64,000 nt of DNA from Yuukianura sp. NJ FZ-2021 (GCA_046563655.1 CM102286.1:5456001-5520000); one strand, 5' to 3'. Positions 43,001 through 57,120 are shown, counted from the stretch's first letter. Numbers and translations are program-made. Notes: generated from the sequence alone by a model not told the origin.

Positions 43001-44229
43001 CATTGCAGATATTCCGAAGTCTAATCTTACCCAGAAAGTATTTGATAAGTACCTGTCACGATTCCTATTCAGCCCTTCTGGTTCCAGATTTCGAGGAAGA
43101 TTCAGATTCGATGGGAATTTGACATGTGGATTGCCTGCCCCGAAAGTCCTTGTATGTTGCATTTTAATTGCACTCATTCAAAAGAATATTTTAGTTAAGT
43201 CGGCCACCTTGGCATAAATTCAATTTTTTATGTTTTGCATAGGTTTCCATGTTTACTTTCAAGTTTAAGATGTTCACAGGACCTGAAGAACACATTCCTG
43301 CGATGCATCAAATGAAAAAGCTAGTAAACCAGCACTTTCCGGAGTCATCATCAAAAGTATTTATTTGGACATTTGCATTTGCTACATGGGAAACAGATGA
43401 GGTTTGACGAATAGAAATAACTACTATAACAAGATGCTATAGGCTAAAGATTGGATTGACCTTCCTGTACGAAGTCTAACGCACATATTTTACTCTTTCT
43501 CAGATAATTACGGCAGAGCTTTACCGAAACATGGCGTTGGCAATGGTGTGTGTCCTGTTCACCACTTTGCTTCTTATCGCCAACGTGAAAACGTGCCTTA
43601 TGGTGTTGCTTTGTGTCATCTTGACACTACTTGACGTTTTAGGTGGCATGTACTTTTGGAATTTGACAATCGACACAGTATCATGCGTTGATCTAGTATT
43701 GGCGATAGGACTGTGCGTCGATTATGCCGCGCATATCGGTATGTTGAATATACCATTTTTGATTAGTAACAATGTAACTGTATCATTTATCTTTACCTTG
43801 ATCTAAGGACACACATTCATGACGATTGCCGGAAGTCGAGACGAGCGAACTCGCGCAACATTGAAAAATATTGGACCAGCAGTTCTGAATGGAGGAATCT
43901 CAACATTTTTAGCTTTTGTTCTTTTAGCAAATTCAAAATCACACGTCTTCTTAACATTTTATAAGGTATTTTACGTTCCGTACTGGAGGGTGTAGCTGTA
44001 ATAGCCGGTCTTAACTTTTATCTGTTTCCAGGTTTTCTTTCTTGTGGTGTCTTTCGGTCTTTACCATGGACTCGTATTGTTACCTGTTTTACTCAGTATT
44101 GTCGGACCGCCCCCTTACGCGTCTGCTGGAATAGAATCTCCTAGAATCCGCTATCGAACTGCGACTACCTCAGAACATGAAGCTGAACTTGAAGTAACTA
44201 CGAGTTTAAACGGAGGGCATACGGCATAA
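40057..44229 (+). CDS. Patched domain-containing protein (PTCHD3 / Patched-related, sterol-sensing RND-family membrane protein), about 16-17 exons
   Basis: Spliced segments include LERFFYFWGYQIGLHPW, PDKLWIPKNSEF, the SSD region HNILPFLLLGIGIDDMFVIMESW, LALKHAGVSVTITSITDFVAFVIGSTTVLPGLQSFCIYAALGI, LRQEFDPMWFLPQDS, LTIDTVSCVDLVLAIGLCVDYAAHIGHTF, GPAVLNGGISTFLAF and FGLYHGLVLLPVLLSIVGP. First in-frame ATG after the stops at 40006-40011 is 40057 (start uncertain); stop at 44227-44229. Confidence 0.94.
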
Positions 44230-44644
44230 TACAAACGGAGTATGAAACTCATGCTAAATATTTGAAAGTCTGACAGATCAGATCTTTGCCTGGACTAAAC
44301 CCGGACATCGTTGTCCATGTTCTTTCCTGTGCAGTATTCTATGTAGTTTTTATTACCAAATTAGTTGTTTTAAGTATATTAGACCACCTCCATTTAATAA
44401 GTCAACTGAGTTAGAAATTAAACCTGGAAATAATTTATTTACATAGGAGGAGAGCGCTAATATACTTCAATGTGATACTCCTCTCGAATGGGAACGTAAG
44501 GTACATAATCATTTGTGATTGCAAATATAGAAATATTCAGACCATGTTGTACAGAAAATACAAAATCATCGTAAAAATTGAAATTATAACACCCGTTGGA
44601 TCGAAGGTTGTCGTTCAGTATTGTCTTGATATTCCAAACACTTC

Positions 44645-45339
44645 TCAGTCGTCCAGTTCATCGCTAGGCAACTCAGATTCAGAACTCGAAGTTTCGGAAT
44701 CATTCCTTATGTTGGGCCGCTTCCTGGCGGCGGCTCTCATAGGTCGTTGAGCCCTCTTGGGCGGAGACGGCTTCTTGGACGGGGTCGACGTTCCTTCTTC
44801 CTCGTCACCTTGGGCCGCTACTTCCAAGAACGTCGACACAGTTTCGTTTTGTTCGGATTTTCCTTCGTCTTCATCCTCAGACTTGAATCCATTCCCCCAC
44901 TCTAATAGACATAACAAAACGATTGCATTGGTAAGTAAAGGTCACATGACTAAAATACTTAATGTTCAATTTCCTTACTCTCGAATACGCTTTTGTGAAC
45001 GGGAAGAAGTGGATGGCCACCAGCCTTGAGCTTTTCAATCCCTTGTGTAAAGTTGAGAATCAGTGTTTTCTGAACACTTCGTAAATGCTTCTCCAGTTGC
45101 ACCAGAACTTCGTTTGTGTCATAAAATTCAATGACTTTCAGTGAACATGGTCGGCAAAAGTGGTGTTTTGGTGCATCCAAGGGTTTGACATCGACACTAA
45201 CTCCTTCCCAGAAAAAATTGAGCAATTTGCTTAAACTTTCTTCATCTTCAACGTTTATAACGGAAGCGTTGTCTTCAGCACAAACAATGCAGCGATTGTG
45301 AGAGTAACGAGCAGCAGCGGGTGATGTAGTTGGAGGCAT
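44645..45339 (-). CDS. Small nuclear protein with an N-terminal zinc-finger-associated (ZAD/zf-AD)-like domain and an acidic/basic low-complexity tail, 2 coding exons
   Basis: Exons 45339-44979 and 44901-44645 join in phase (...SVFE K WGNGFKSEDEDE...). CIVC-x~41-FCRPC followed by helical KVIEFYDTNEVLVQLEKHL fits the ZAD pattern. NLS-like PPKRAQRPMRAAARKRP. No C2H2 array before the stop. Confidence 0.75.
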
Positions 45340-47396
45340 CCTTTTCCAGCTGATCGATGCAGTCTAGATTTACAATAAACAGAATTAAGTTAATAAGTAC
45401 AGTGACAGCGACCAATATTGACCAATTGATGATTTGCTGGCGCTGGCAGCCATGAAACGAAAAGAGGTAGCTAACGCTCATTCGCTATTTTTCAATATTT
45501 AAAAGTTATCCGCTTTAGTTATCCACTTGGACTTACTTGTTGAAACCGAAAGAAACTAAAGAATTTTTATCGACGGCAAATGTCAGTTTTCACGTTATCT
45601 GAAGGCTGTATAGAAGTAAGTTAATTAATTGTGGTAACAGTCATAAAAAAATGGTAAAAATTAAAAATTAGAAACAATGAAAAAAAAACAACGAACATCT
45701 GTCTTCGGAATTCAAAAGTCGAATGAAGTGAACAACAAAATGAAAATGTACACAAGCATAACACATAATAAATACACAACGCAAGAACACGCGAAACGCG
45801 ATTATTGGTGTTTACTTGTTGGAAATATTTTTTTCATGCTTTGCCCGCCGAAAAAATAATTCTCTATAGCTTTACAATTTGCTGTAGCTTATTTTTAAAA
45901 ACAAATTCCTCTCTAAAAAAAATTTAAAAACTAAGAAAAAAATTCTCTCTCATTGAATTTGAAAATGAAAAACTTTTCCTAGTTATAAATTGAATGCTTC
46001 TACCTAATATATTTCATTGAATTCAATTCATGCCAGCGCAGCATTTTCGTAAAATAGATAAGAAAACCGACGCTTCCCGCCATTGTATTCGATAGTAATT
46101 TACAATTTTATTCAACTATTTTTTTAAATAATATAACATTCAAGTTAGTTCACAATATTTTAATATTCCACGTTTAGAATCTTCTAACTAGGCTAAAGAA
46201 ACAAAACTTAGTCTCTACGGTAGTAATTAGAAGTGCAAAGTGTAACTCTGATTATCTTACATAACGTATTATATGTTTCCAATGAATTGCCGGTTCAACA
46301 TACTTGTGTACTTGTTACTTTTTAGAGACACTACAAGAAATTAATTAAGTTGAGAGATGAAGGTTTTAAGCATTTTGAGAAAGAAAGCCTCTTAAATTCC
46401 TAAAAAGTAAATACTGACTGTACTCCGTAGTTTACATGTTTCTCAATCCGGAATCACAACATCATCTTTACCACTTGTTTTTTTTCAATGAATTTTTACA
46501 TTCTTAAGTTTAGCATTCCTTAAGACATATATTGACAGGCACAGCGAGCAGTTATGGTTTACAGAAAGAGTTGCATATTTTAGTAAACTAACCAACTAAT
46601 ATTTAGTAATAGTTCTTGCAGGCAGCTTGTTTTTGTTCATAAGGTCATGTCCTTTAGCTTACTTTACACTGAAATATTACTCTTGTACAAGCATAAAATT
46701 GCATTTAATTTTGCAATTCCTAGAGTGATTAGCTCTTACCCATCTAAGAATTGTCTTACCTTTGCTCTAATTAACATTTATAACTGCAATATGTTTACAA
46801 TATGTTGTTCACCTAAACTTATTAGAATAGTTCAGCAACAATTTTCTTAAAATTATTCTTACAATTTTTGCGACTAGGAATATTCTTCTTTACAAAACCA
46901 TTTTCCAATGGAAGGTGTTCCAAGTATGGCTTTTTCTAGGGGTGGAAATAAATAAAATCCTTACAAAATGTCATGAAATTTTTTCGTTCCTGGCAAATTT
47001 CTTCTTTTGAAAAAAAATCAAATTAGAATGCTAATAGTAATTTAGTAATAAGTGCAATGTCCTGAACAAATTAGGCTAAACTTGATAAAAATGAAGTCAA
47101 AATGTTAAGGCTCTTGAACACTTAGTTTGGAAGAGGGTGACAAATATTGATAAAGGTGAATTAAAAGATTTTTTTAGTCATTTAAAGCACTTTGAATTTC
47201 ATTTGAAAGTCTTTGAATAAGGTCCTATTGTAGAGTGGTATAGCGGGAAAGCTACTTTGGTTTTTCAATTTACTTTACGACGACGCTAAATAAAATACAA
47301 TTTAAAATCAAACTTTTCTATTTTGTACAAAGAATTTACAGAGGGCAGGATTTAATAAGGAGAGCTGCGCATTAGGGCACATGAATTAGAAATTCC

Positions 47397-47460
47397 TCGA
47401 GGAGGCAACTACGCGCGTTGCTTTAAATTTCGGCAATTGTCGTCTTTGTTGCCTCCTCGA
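47397..47460. other. 64 nt hairpin with a perfect 13 bp outer stem
   Basis: TCGAGGAGGCAAC ... GTTGCCTCCTCGA plus inner TTGC/GCAA pairing; lies ~400 nt downstream of the Ig gene stop codon. Confidence 0.6.
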
Positions 47461-47859
47461 AGGCAAGCGACATAAGTATAAGTGGGTAAAAGCTAATAAC
47501 AAATGGGTTTATTACATTAACCTAACATTTTTCTGAGACTAATAACTTCTGCAGTGCTTAAATTAATAGTTGGCCTCCATTTTCGTGTAAGTTTACATGG
47601 CTGATGTTACATGCTTGAGGTGGTTAATTTTCAAGGAAGTTTAAGTTCGGGTCGATCGATTCGACGCCATCGTTTATGTCATAGTTATGTTAAATCTTGA
47701 AACAGCAGGTAACTCTGTAACGTTTTAAATATTAATATTTTCAAAAATTTAGATTTAGATCTTTCTTCAAAATTTTGGCGCATGGGCAGAATTGACTTAA
47801 GATTAGTTTCTTACATTCATTGGGATTCGGGAACTTAAGGTGGAACTTAACACAGAGAT

Positions 47860-50800
47860 TTACCACCTACGAACCAGGAATAGGAAAATGGAAGATGAAA
47901 CGAGTAAACTGGATGATCCGAGTAGTCCAGGCGCTGCAATTTAAAAACCAAAGGCAAATACCGTATTAGATTTATCGTTTCTCCTGCATGTTTTGAAGTT
48001 TTTACAAGGTGTATAACACTACTGGAACTAAGAAAATGTGTGGATAAGATAAATGGGACACGGAAGAACTGGAACAATTGACTTTCAAAGGCGTTTGAAG
48101 GAGACTCAACTGACCTTTGCCCCCTTTGTCATCACTCAGCTCCATTGTGTCAGTGTAACCTAAACAGTGAACAAACAGTAGTTAGACTCCAGGCATTAAT
48201 CACCGTCCAAGGATTCCTTCCAGAATCCTCCAGAGTACTTAGGCTCCAGAAATGTCTTCTAGTTCTATGGTTAATGTTAACATTACTTTTTCCACTTATG
48301 GAGAATCTGTGAATACGAGCTTCGGCTGACCACCCGAACGTGTTCTTGGACTGCAAAGTGGCCTCGTAGGTAGAGGCTGAGGTCAAATTCACTAAAGTGT
48401 AAGCCACTTCGTAGAATGATGGTTGATTTGGAAGTCGCGTTCCCTCGACAAAGATGTCCGTCCATTCTGTTTCGGGATCCTGGAAATACAAAATGGAAAT
48501 TCAAAATTTTGAAAAAATTGGAACCATGATTGACACTTGCCCTCTTGAATCGCAAAGCATTTGTCTCTATTGGAATGCTGCTTTCAACCTTCCAGACTAG
48601 ATCGTAGCTCATGTGCTCCTCCCCTAGTTTTGTCCGTTCTTCAACAAGAAGTGGTTGACTAGGAGCTCCTGGAATCGATTTAAAGTAGAATTTGATTTAT
48701 GAAGCGAAATTTTGATTTTTAGAAAATTCAATTTTTCCCACAAAAAAAAAATTTAAATTTACCAACAACTTCAATTTTGGCAACGCCGGCTTTGGTGAAC
48801 CCGTTTTTTGCTTCGCAAGTGTAAGTTCCAAAGGAATTTTGGGTAACGTTGTTGATGAAGAGGATATGCACATGATGGTCACTGCGCATGTGATATCCAT
48901 CTCGTTGGCGAACCGGGATCAACTTGGACTTGTTTTCTTTGTCACTCCTGAACCACGTCACTTCTGGATCCGGTACTGCGTGGACAACGCATCTCAGTTC
49001 GACGCTTCTTCCAAGTCCGGCATGCACTGCGTCGCGCCTGGTTTCAACAATTGGCGGGACTATTTGAAAAAAAAAAAAACATGTTGATTTACTTTTTGCT
49101 GAGACTTTGCATTTTGACTCAAACTGCACATAATTCTTTGTAACACTTACATCTGACGTCAAGTCGAACAGTGCTCTCAGTCTTGCCCAAATCATCTTGA
49201 AAAATGCAAACGTAGTCACCAGCGTCGTGCCTTGAAACCGATTTAAGCATCAACTTGTTCTCCACAGTTGTCTTAGATGGCCGACTCAAAGCAGTATCTT
49301 CAACCCTCATGTTTTTCATTTCTTGGGCATTCTGTAAAAAATGAGACGAATTTTGCTAAGTTTTTTTTTTTAAAGAAAAAACTTTCCGTTTCCGCTCGAA
49401 ATTTCAGTCAAACTTGGATTTTTTTAAAAGTAGATGAAACCGCACGAACTTGAACTTTTTTTAAATATTTGTTTTTGGCAATGCCTTTGAAAACCAACTT
49501 GTAGCGCTTGCATTTGTATTCACTTTCCGAAATGCATTTTCAACACGTTTAAGACAGGCGTTTTCTTGACAGTGCTATTGTTTTTTTATGACTCCATGTT
49601 CCAGAGGCAAGCATATGGTGTTGTTTGAAAGTGAAACGGATGTAGGATGTCTCACTCCATGTAATTATTTCCGTTGTTCCGTACCATTTCAAGTCATTCA
49701 GCTATCCAGTACACACGCTTCCTTGTTAAATGGGCTAGACACTTCAAATTCAAAATAATAACAAATACTCGGTTTCCCATTGTTATGCCTCATCTGAACG
49801 GATTTCCGAAATTAGAGGAAACTCAACCGGAAAATACTTTTGATACCGGTCCAAAATTGGATGGATACGCGAATATGTGTACACGCAACAATTTTTTAGA
49901 AAAACTCTTTGGATGAGTAATTCAGAATTTGAGTGTAGATTAATTTTTATTTCGAAATACCTAGTTTGTTCTGTCGTAAAAATTTAATCCAATTGAAAAC
50001 CGCTATAAAGTTATGATATTGAAATTCTTCGTTTTTTTTTGTCCGAGACAAGAGCAATGTGAGCTTTCTGAAGATTACAGTTATTACGGAAAAAATGGAG
50101 CAATTCAAGTGAGGATTTTACTTCCATTTTTTGCAAATATGTCCTAATTTGGTTTTACGGCTACTCGCACACATCTGACTGCACTAAAATCCGCAATAAC
50201 TGCGTAATTTAGAACCATTTTTAACAACCACTGTTATTCGGAACAGTAAAAAATTTCTTCTGAGCTTTTGAACTCATTTTGCCGTTTTGAGTTTTACTTC
50301 GCTCGTCAAATTACAGAAAAACCAGAACACGAGTGTTTGCAATCTGGTAAAATTGATGCAGCGTCAAGGCAATTGAAAAAGGAGGACATAAAAGTGCTTC
50401 TGCAAATCAAATTACACGATTCTACTCCTAGTTTGCAGTTAGAATGACCAAAAGATTTTTTTTGTTGCATCTTACAGATTTCATGCGAGGCGTGAGAAAT
50501 CCTAGTAAATCACAATGAGATCATGTTTTGCAAGGAAAGCTCAATTTTTCGACAATTGCAAATTGCAACTTGAAATATCATAGAAGACGCAATGAATTTA
50601 GGTCATCAAAGATGCAAAGTCAGTGCAAATAAAAAAAAAATTAAAATATGGAGTTACAATTTTACGAACTTGTTTACTTCGTTTGTAATTTAAAAATACG
50701 CGGTCTGAAAATAGATCATGACGGGCCATAATGATGTAATTGTGTGACAATTCATGACTTGAGATTATGTGCGTATAATTGTCCTCACGTTCTAACTGCT

Positions 50801-51884
50801 AAAGTTAACTTATGGTCGTTTCGAGAAGCCTTAATGTGTCACTGATGTTAAATTTAAGAGGAAAGTGAGCATGATCATATCAGATTACAAGCGCAACAGT
50901 GACACGCAACCCCACTTTAAAGTGAAGTTAATTAGGAGGCGTGGGAAAGTCAAGTACGAGGGAGGGTGGAAGATGATCTGTGTGATTACATAGCTTATGC
51001 TGACTCAAGTCCTGTCGAATAATCACTGGAAAATTGATCAATTGAGGCACAATTGGGATTATCTAACCTTCTTTTGCCAGTAAAATTCGATTTGCTTTCC
51101 TTCCGTTCGCACGGTACAAGTGAGGTTGATTGACTCATCCTGGCTGACGGTCGCCAAGCCGGCAGGATCCAGAGTGATGTATGGTATAAGCATCCGCCGA
51201 TCGGCAGCTAAATTAGGTCAAAAGATATTTTCAGTGTTAATTTCAATTTAAATTTGTCATTTGTCGAAAACGTTTTCAATTTTTTTTTTTTGACATTCTC
51301 AAAGTTTCAGTTGTTTTGAGAATCCAGGTTTTTCAAGCGTTTATTTTGCGCTATGAGTTTGTTGAAGTTTTTTTTTATATAAGAATTTTTATTATTTTTT
51401 TGTACTAAAATTTTAAAACAAAGCTGAATTTGTACTTACGTCGAGCGCGAACGGTGACCGTATGAACGATTGTAATATCCGTTAATATTTTGCATTCATA
51501 GGATCCAGCATCACCCAACGTAGCATCTTTGATTAAGAGAACATTAGGTTTTTCCAGCATTTCGTATCGAGAGGAATCGTTCTTTCCAGCCAGTTCTCCA
51601 TCCACACTGATAAGTTTTTCCGGAAGTTTAGTCCAAATCAAGGCATAGCTTTCTGCATCACAAACCAACATTCTTTTATCTTTCAAAAATATTTGTTTTA
51701 AAAAAAATGTTCAAAAACGACAAGTGTATACCGAAATGTTGGCCTCTGCATTCCAGTCGAATGTCATCTCCCTCCATAACGTCAATTTGTTTAGGCACGG
51801 TAGTGATGATGGGTATCTTTGGTTCTTCGCTGTCGTCGTTAGCATCGTCAGCATAGTCCTCAAACTCAGTGTTTGCTGCATTTC
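47860..51884 (-). CDS. Immunoglobulin-superfamily cell adhesion molecule, 3 Ig + 1 FN3 + hydrophobic GPI-type tail (klingon/wrapper/lachesin-like); 5'-partial, signal-peptide exon not located
   Basis: Phase-consistent exons 51884-51732 (VMEGDDIRLEC), 51652-51440 (ALIWTK...DAGSYECKI), 51207-51068 (INLTCTV...FYWQKK), 49331-49151 (SVSRHDAGDYVC), 49059-48763 (VELRCVVHAVPDPEVTWFR...FGTYTCEAKNGF), 48668-48541 and 48479-48287 (FN3: YDLVWKVES...LVNLTSASTYEATLQSKNTFGWS), then 48159-48115 and 47933-47860 (LLGSSSLLVSSSIFLFLVRRW*). Confidence 0.88.
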
Positions 51885-54800
51885 CTAAAATTCAAAAATT
51901 TAAAACTTGGTTAGCGATTTCAAAATTCAAACTTCATTTTCTATTTCCGGAAGTTAGTCTCTTTAACTTTCATTTTGTATCGAAATATCTACTCAAATCG
52001 AATGAACTTGTGAAAATTGTTTAAGTGTAAAAAGCTTTGTAAGATTAGAAAGACTTTTATTTACTTTCGGATTAGGTTTAGCCTTAATTCGTTGAAGTTT
52101 AACCCAAGTGCAAGTGGATTAGGTTAAAACTAACCTACCCTAAGTCAATAGTGTTTTTCCATAAGTCAAATTCAGCCAGGTAAATAGAAGAGCATACGCC
52201 GGATGTGGTTTAGGCTTCGACTAACTTCAAAACTAACGCAAGCATGCGGGACTGTTCAAACATAGTGAGAAAGCTACCTAACAATCACATTTCATTCCAG
52301 GAAACGAAGGCCGTTTCATCTTCAGAAGAATCAAGATCTGAAGAGTGGAAAAGTTGCTGCTACCGCTACCTTAACTTGAACTTGCGTGTTTCAAAATCAT
52401 TGTCATTAAAACTGACACAGGATCCTGTTCCTTTGGTTTCCAAAAACTACACCGCCACATGAAGAAAAACCTAGACCGAAAAAATCGAAAAACGAAAGTC
52501 GTAAAACAAAAGACGTTTGCGGCCAAGTGGAACCAAAAGTTGCTACTTCAAGGTTGCTGGAGGCTGTCGATGCCGTAACATATAGCTGACCTTAGTTAAT
52601 TAAACTTAATTGGATTGGACAAGAACCTTGTTTCTACTTTTGCAAACAGCCTGCAATTTGAGAAATGATGGCAAACATTTGGCAAGTTGATGGATGAGCT
52701 TCGTTGCACAACCGCCGGACCTAGCAACACTTAACTAATTTCCTGGAAAAGTAGGTCTCCACCCTGAACCGAGCAAAACTAGGCTAGAAAAAGACAAGAA
52801 CTAACTTCGCCTAACCTAAAAGAAATAGTTTATATAAAACAATGGAAACACAGAAGAGACTGGTAAAATTTATTACACTTCTACATCCACACTATGTGTT
52901 TAATTTTCACTAAAAACCGTTTTGGAGAAGAATTAATGTGTGAGACGACAGGAAACTTCCATTAATAACCTCCACAGTTAATAGATTCCCAAGAGCCCTC
53001 AAGTGATCCTAGCAATTAATGGTTTGTTCCTTTAGGTTTTCCTTGATTATAGTAATTTAGACTCATTTTCATTAATTTTGACCCTTGACCTGTTTCCAGT
53101 GACTGTAATGGAGACTCATTCTCCACACCGTACTAGGTTGAATCCTTTTTCAATTAGTTTTTGACCTTAACTCAAGTTAAAGAGCGTAGGTGAAAGCGAT
53201 ATTTTTTGTTCCAAAAACCTTAAAAGTATAATTCAATGTCAAAATCAAATAAGGCCACCATTGAATGTAATCGTAAGCCTTGAATTTTAAACCGCAGCGT
53301 TAGGTTGTACTTTTTCTACAAAAAATTGTACAACCTTGTTCTAGGTAACAAAAGAAGGCGTAAAGTTCAAAATGAAATGTGACGCTTCAACACACCCTGT
53401 TAATTAGTAAGAAGTTTCCAGGCAATTGGAAGTTGTCAATCTAGACAAGGCATTGAAGCTTACTAGTTGGTGAGTTTGTTTTTGTTAATTAAGTCCCACC
53501 TCATGCTGTCAAGTTTTTAATTAATTTAGACATTCTTTTGAATTTTATAGTTTCGTTTTCAATTCGGCACTTGAAATCACGATTTTCTGAAAAATTTTTG
53601 TTTACTTTAGCGTCCTTCACTCTCTTTCATTGTTTATGCTGCCTGTCCCGATGAGCAATGTCAGTTTGTTGTACGACCACAAAATGAATTTGTTAAGGGT
53701 GCTTGAGGAGACATAAGTTAAATAAATTGGGATTTAGAAAAGTTAAATTGACAGAGTGGCCCAGTGATTAAATTAAGGAACTGACATTGCTCGAAACCAT
53801 TGCCATTGATGCTGGACTTGACTTTCAGCACAACAGTTTACGTCCAGGACAGCTTCAGAGGCAGGCAGAATAGGCTTGGCTCGATACCACAACGGCCGGC
53901 TCCATAATTTACTACGCTAACTGCCAGTTTGGTTCCTTTGATCTCGTCTACATTCTCATTAGACGTAGTTACTTCAGGATATGGGCATAACGTTTTTCCA
54001 AATTCAAATCTTCCACTTTATCAAATCTTATTCATTCACAAACCACTGTCCGGAGGAAGATGAAGCACTATGATTTATTTGTAAATTCAAATGGAGAAGA
54101 TCCAGTGACAAGAACATATGTCCAGGCAGAAACTAACCAAGCCCCTAAGCATCTTCTAAATTCTTCTCTAAAGTATCAAAGGAATGTCACAGTGATAAAC
54201 AGTTGATTCTTAAAACAGATTCAAGTGCAAGACCCGGTCGGTCCTCCCGCTTCTTTTGATGTGAGCATGACACTGCGTTTCCTGTGAAACATAATGACGA
54301 GATTCACGCAGCGTTTTGAAAAGTAAAATCAACGCGATTGTCTCCCAGAACCAATTCCTGATGGGTTCCTTTTGCGGAGGCACCAAAACAGCGAAGAAGA
54401 ATGAACCAGCAAAGTCATCCAGGAACAGCGTCAATGTGACACCAAGAGAGCAAGGACCTGGTGACCATGAAACTCCTATTGATCATATCTTTCAATGACA
54501 CTTGTGATCATAATGGTCCACAGTTTGTCCATGCAGTGCTTGGAGTTTTTAATGTTTGTCAAATCAGTTCTAAATTTAAACCTAATTGAATTTTTATTGA
54601 CGATTCATCATCATATGAATGAATAAATCTGTGAGAAAATATCTTCATGATCATCCACTTGAAGATGACGCCATCTTCTCGCATATTGCCAAAAACGACT
54701 AAAAGTGTGTTTTTTCTTTGCCACAAAGTTGGAGATTCCACTTTTCAATTTATAAGCTGTATAGAATGCGTGCCAAATTCTACGTTTTCAAAAGTTAATC

Positions 54801-56863
54801 CTTTCAAAATTTTGAAGATCGACGTACTTCGGCTTTTCTCAAAATCTATCCTTATTCTGCAAAACTCTAGGCTTGTTGAGCAGAAAATGATGAAAACAAG
54901 TTGAAGTGAAGGCGGAGTAAGTCAACCTTCAAACACCACCAATTTGATTGTTACTCATTTCACGCTGTCATAATTCAAAAATTTATCAGAAAACGTGCTT
55001 TTGAAGATTTTCTGAAGATTATCTACGGGATTAGTAATGTACCGAGATGTTTTTCTCAGCAAGATTAAGCAATTACTGTCCAGATAAATTGTGGTTTTTG
55101 GTCATGCAGATATAATCGTCATTTTATTAAACAAGTGTTAACCATTAACACTTTGTACTTGTTTTTACAAAAAGTAATTTCCCTATCTCTGTTTTGCCAA
55201 CTACATAACAATGAGACATAAACAGGAAAGATACTGCTACTGGATGTCACTTTAAATTATCTAAATATTCATAATACTTGACAACTTTAAACAGCATTTC
55301 TGCACATTAGGTGACATAAAGTGTCACAAGATAAAATTTATTTATTGCGTGAGGTCGTGAAATCAGTTTTCATTCTAAAACTTATGTTCTTTACTGGGTC
55401 TTCAAAAATGAAACCTAGAAAGTTGAATTCAACCACAAATAACATTATTATCTTGCAAAGTAAACAAAAAATGAGGAAGTAAATTGTAAATGTGTTCTTC
55501 TAGATACAATCAAATGATGCAGTGCCCATGAATGAGCAAAGTGCTGCTAAAACGTGGAGGTTGGAGTGATCGATTGGATACAAGGAGGACCTTGTTTGTG
55601 CAAAAAGTTGTACAGTTGCAACTTGCAAGATTAAGATTAGAGATGAGTAATTGCCTCAAGGCACTCAAACACCAAAGAAGTGTAAGCCAATGTCAAAAAT
55701 GATTGACGTCCATTGTTTTGCCCTTTTGCAAAAACAAGAAGTGCCGAGATATCAAGATTCCTTAGATGGTATCGAAAATAATGTTTGTTCCAACCGACAT
55801 CCGAAAGAGGCTTATCGTTTTTTTTTTCCACAATCAAAAACGGACATTGCGTAAATAAAAATTTCATCATTGCATGTCAACTTGATTTGTAAATTTTCTA
55901 GCAACATGATGCCTTACCCTGTTTTAAAAACAAACAAATTATGCTGTTTTGAAGCCAAAAGGCATTTGCAGCTTCAGAATTTGATTTTCTAAAACGTTTG
56001 CTGTACATCGAGATTTAGCGAGATTTGCTGCTATTTAATGAATGCAATTGAAAAATATCATTTTAAATTCAGTCACTTCAACAGTCGTGTGGATGACCTG
56101 TGCTCCGAAAGTTGTTGAACAGGAACAAAGGCTATAAAGATGTTCAAGCTAAAGTGAAAGACGACATACACACATGCGTGTACGAATCTAGAATCTAAAT
56201 ATGGAAGGACGCGTCATGTTCACAGCAGGTAAAATAATAACTTCAACTCTGAATTTCTTTATAAGGAACTCCTCAAAACAATGGAAGGCTAGAAGGCTTT
56301 GTCAGGCCATGTCACACAATTTGTCTTTTGGAATGCCCATGCGCTAACCCGTTTTAATTTGGACTTAATCAGGCCATTCAAAACGTATAACGGTATAAGC
56401 AGAGTAGGGTTTGTGCTCAACTGACGCGTACTTGACTTAAGAATTCTTTGTTAATGACATTTTGTTGATGTATTTTTTTCCAGAGAGCGCAGCGTTGCCA
56501 TCCCAAAATGTCGGAGATACAAATGTATCAAAGTTGACATGTGGAATGGATGCATCTGAAATGCATCCAGAACCCATTAACCGAGTCCAACCTCAACTAA
56601 AACTTGCCAACTGAAATGAAACTGTCAAGTGGGGAAGAAGATGATGAATCGGCTCGTCTAGCAGCCTTTAACAAACAACTGATCTCTGTCAATGAAAATG
56701 TCGGCACGTATTCCTCATGCGCTGTGCATATTAATTGGGAAACTAAGATAGTCTAATGATCCCTTCTGAATTTTAGGCTGTACAATCCTAGTAGATGAAC
56801 CTTCTTCCCACTAAATGAGAGGCTTTGTACTTTGGATTCCGTGTACAATGTACGTGTAGAAAG

Positions 56864-57120
56864 CGGGAGCACGCCATTGTTTCAAATGAATTGTTTCAAA
56901 TACGAATTGTTTCAAAAAAAATTGTTTCAAAACACCAGTGGTTTAGAGTTTAAGGCTTAGATTAGGTTAATTTGGATTAGAATAATTAAGTTTAGGTTAG
57001 TTATGTAATTTTAAGTTAGGTTAGGTTTGGTTTAGGTATGAAAATTAGGTTTTTGAAACAATTTTTTTTTGAAACAATTCGTATTTGAAACAATTCATTT
57101 GAAACAATGGCATGGAACCG
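56864..57120. mobile_element. Foldback-type MITE (257 bp) with tandem-repeat TIRs and internal TTAGG-like repeats
   Basis: Left end CGGGAGCACGCCATTGTTTCAAATGAATTGTTTCAAATACGAATTGTTTCAAAA... is mirrored by ...TTTTGAAACAATTCGTATTTGAAACAATTCATTTGAAACAATGGCATGGAACCG. 7 bp TSD TAGAAAG at 56857-56863 and 57121-57127. No ORF. Confidence 0.9.
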
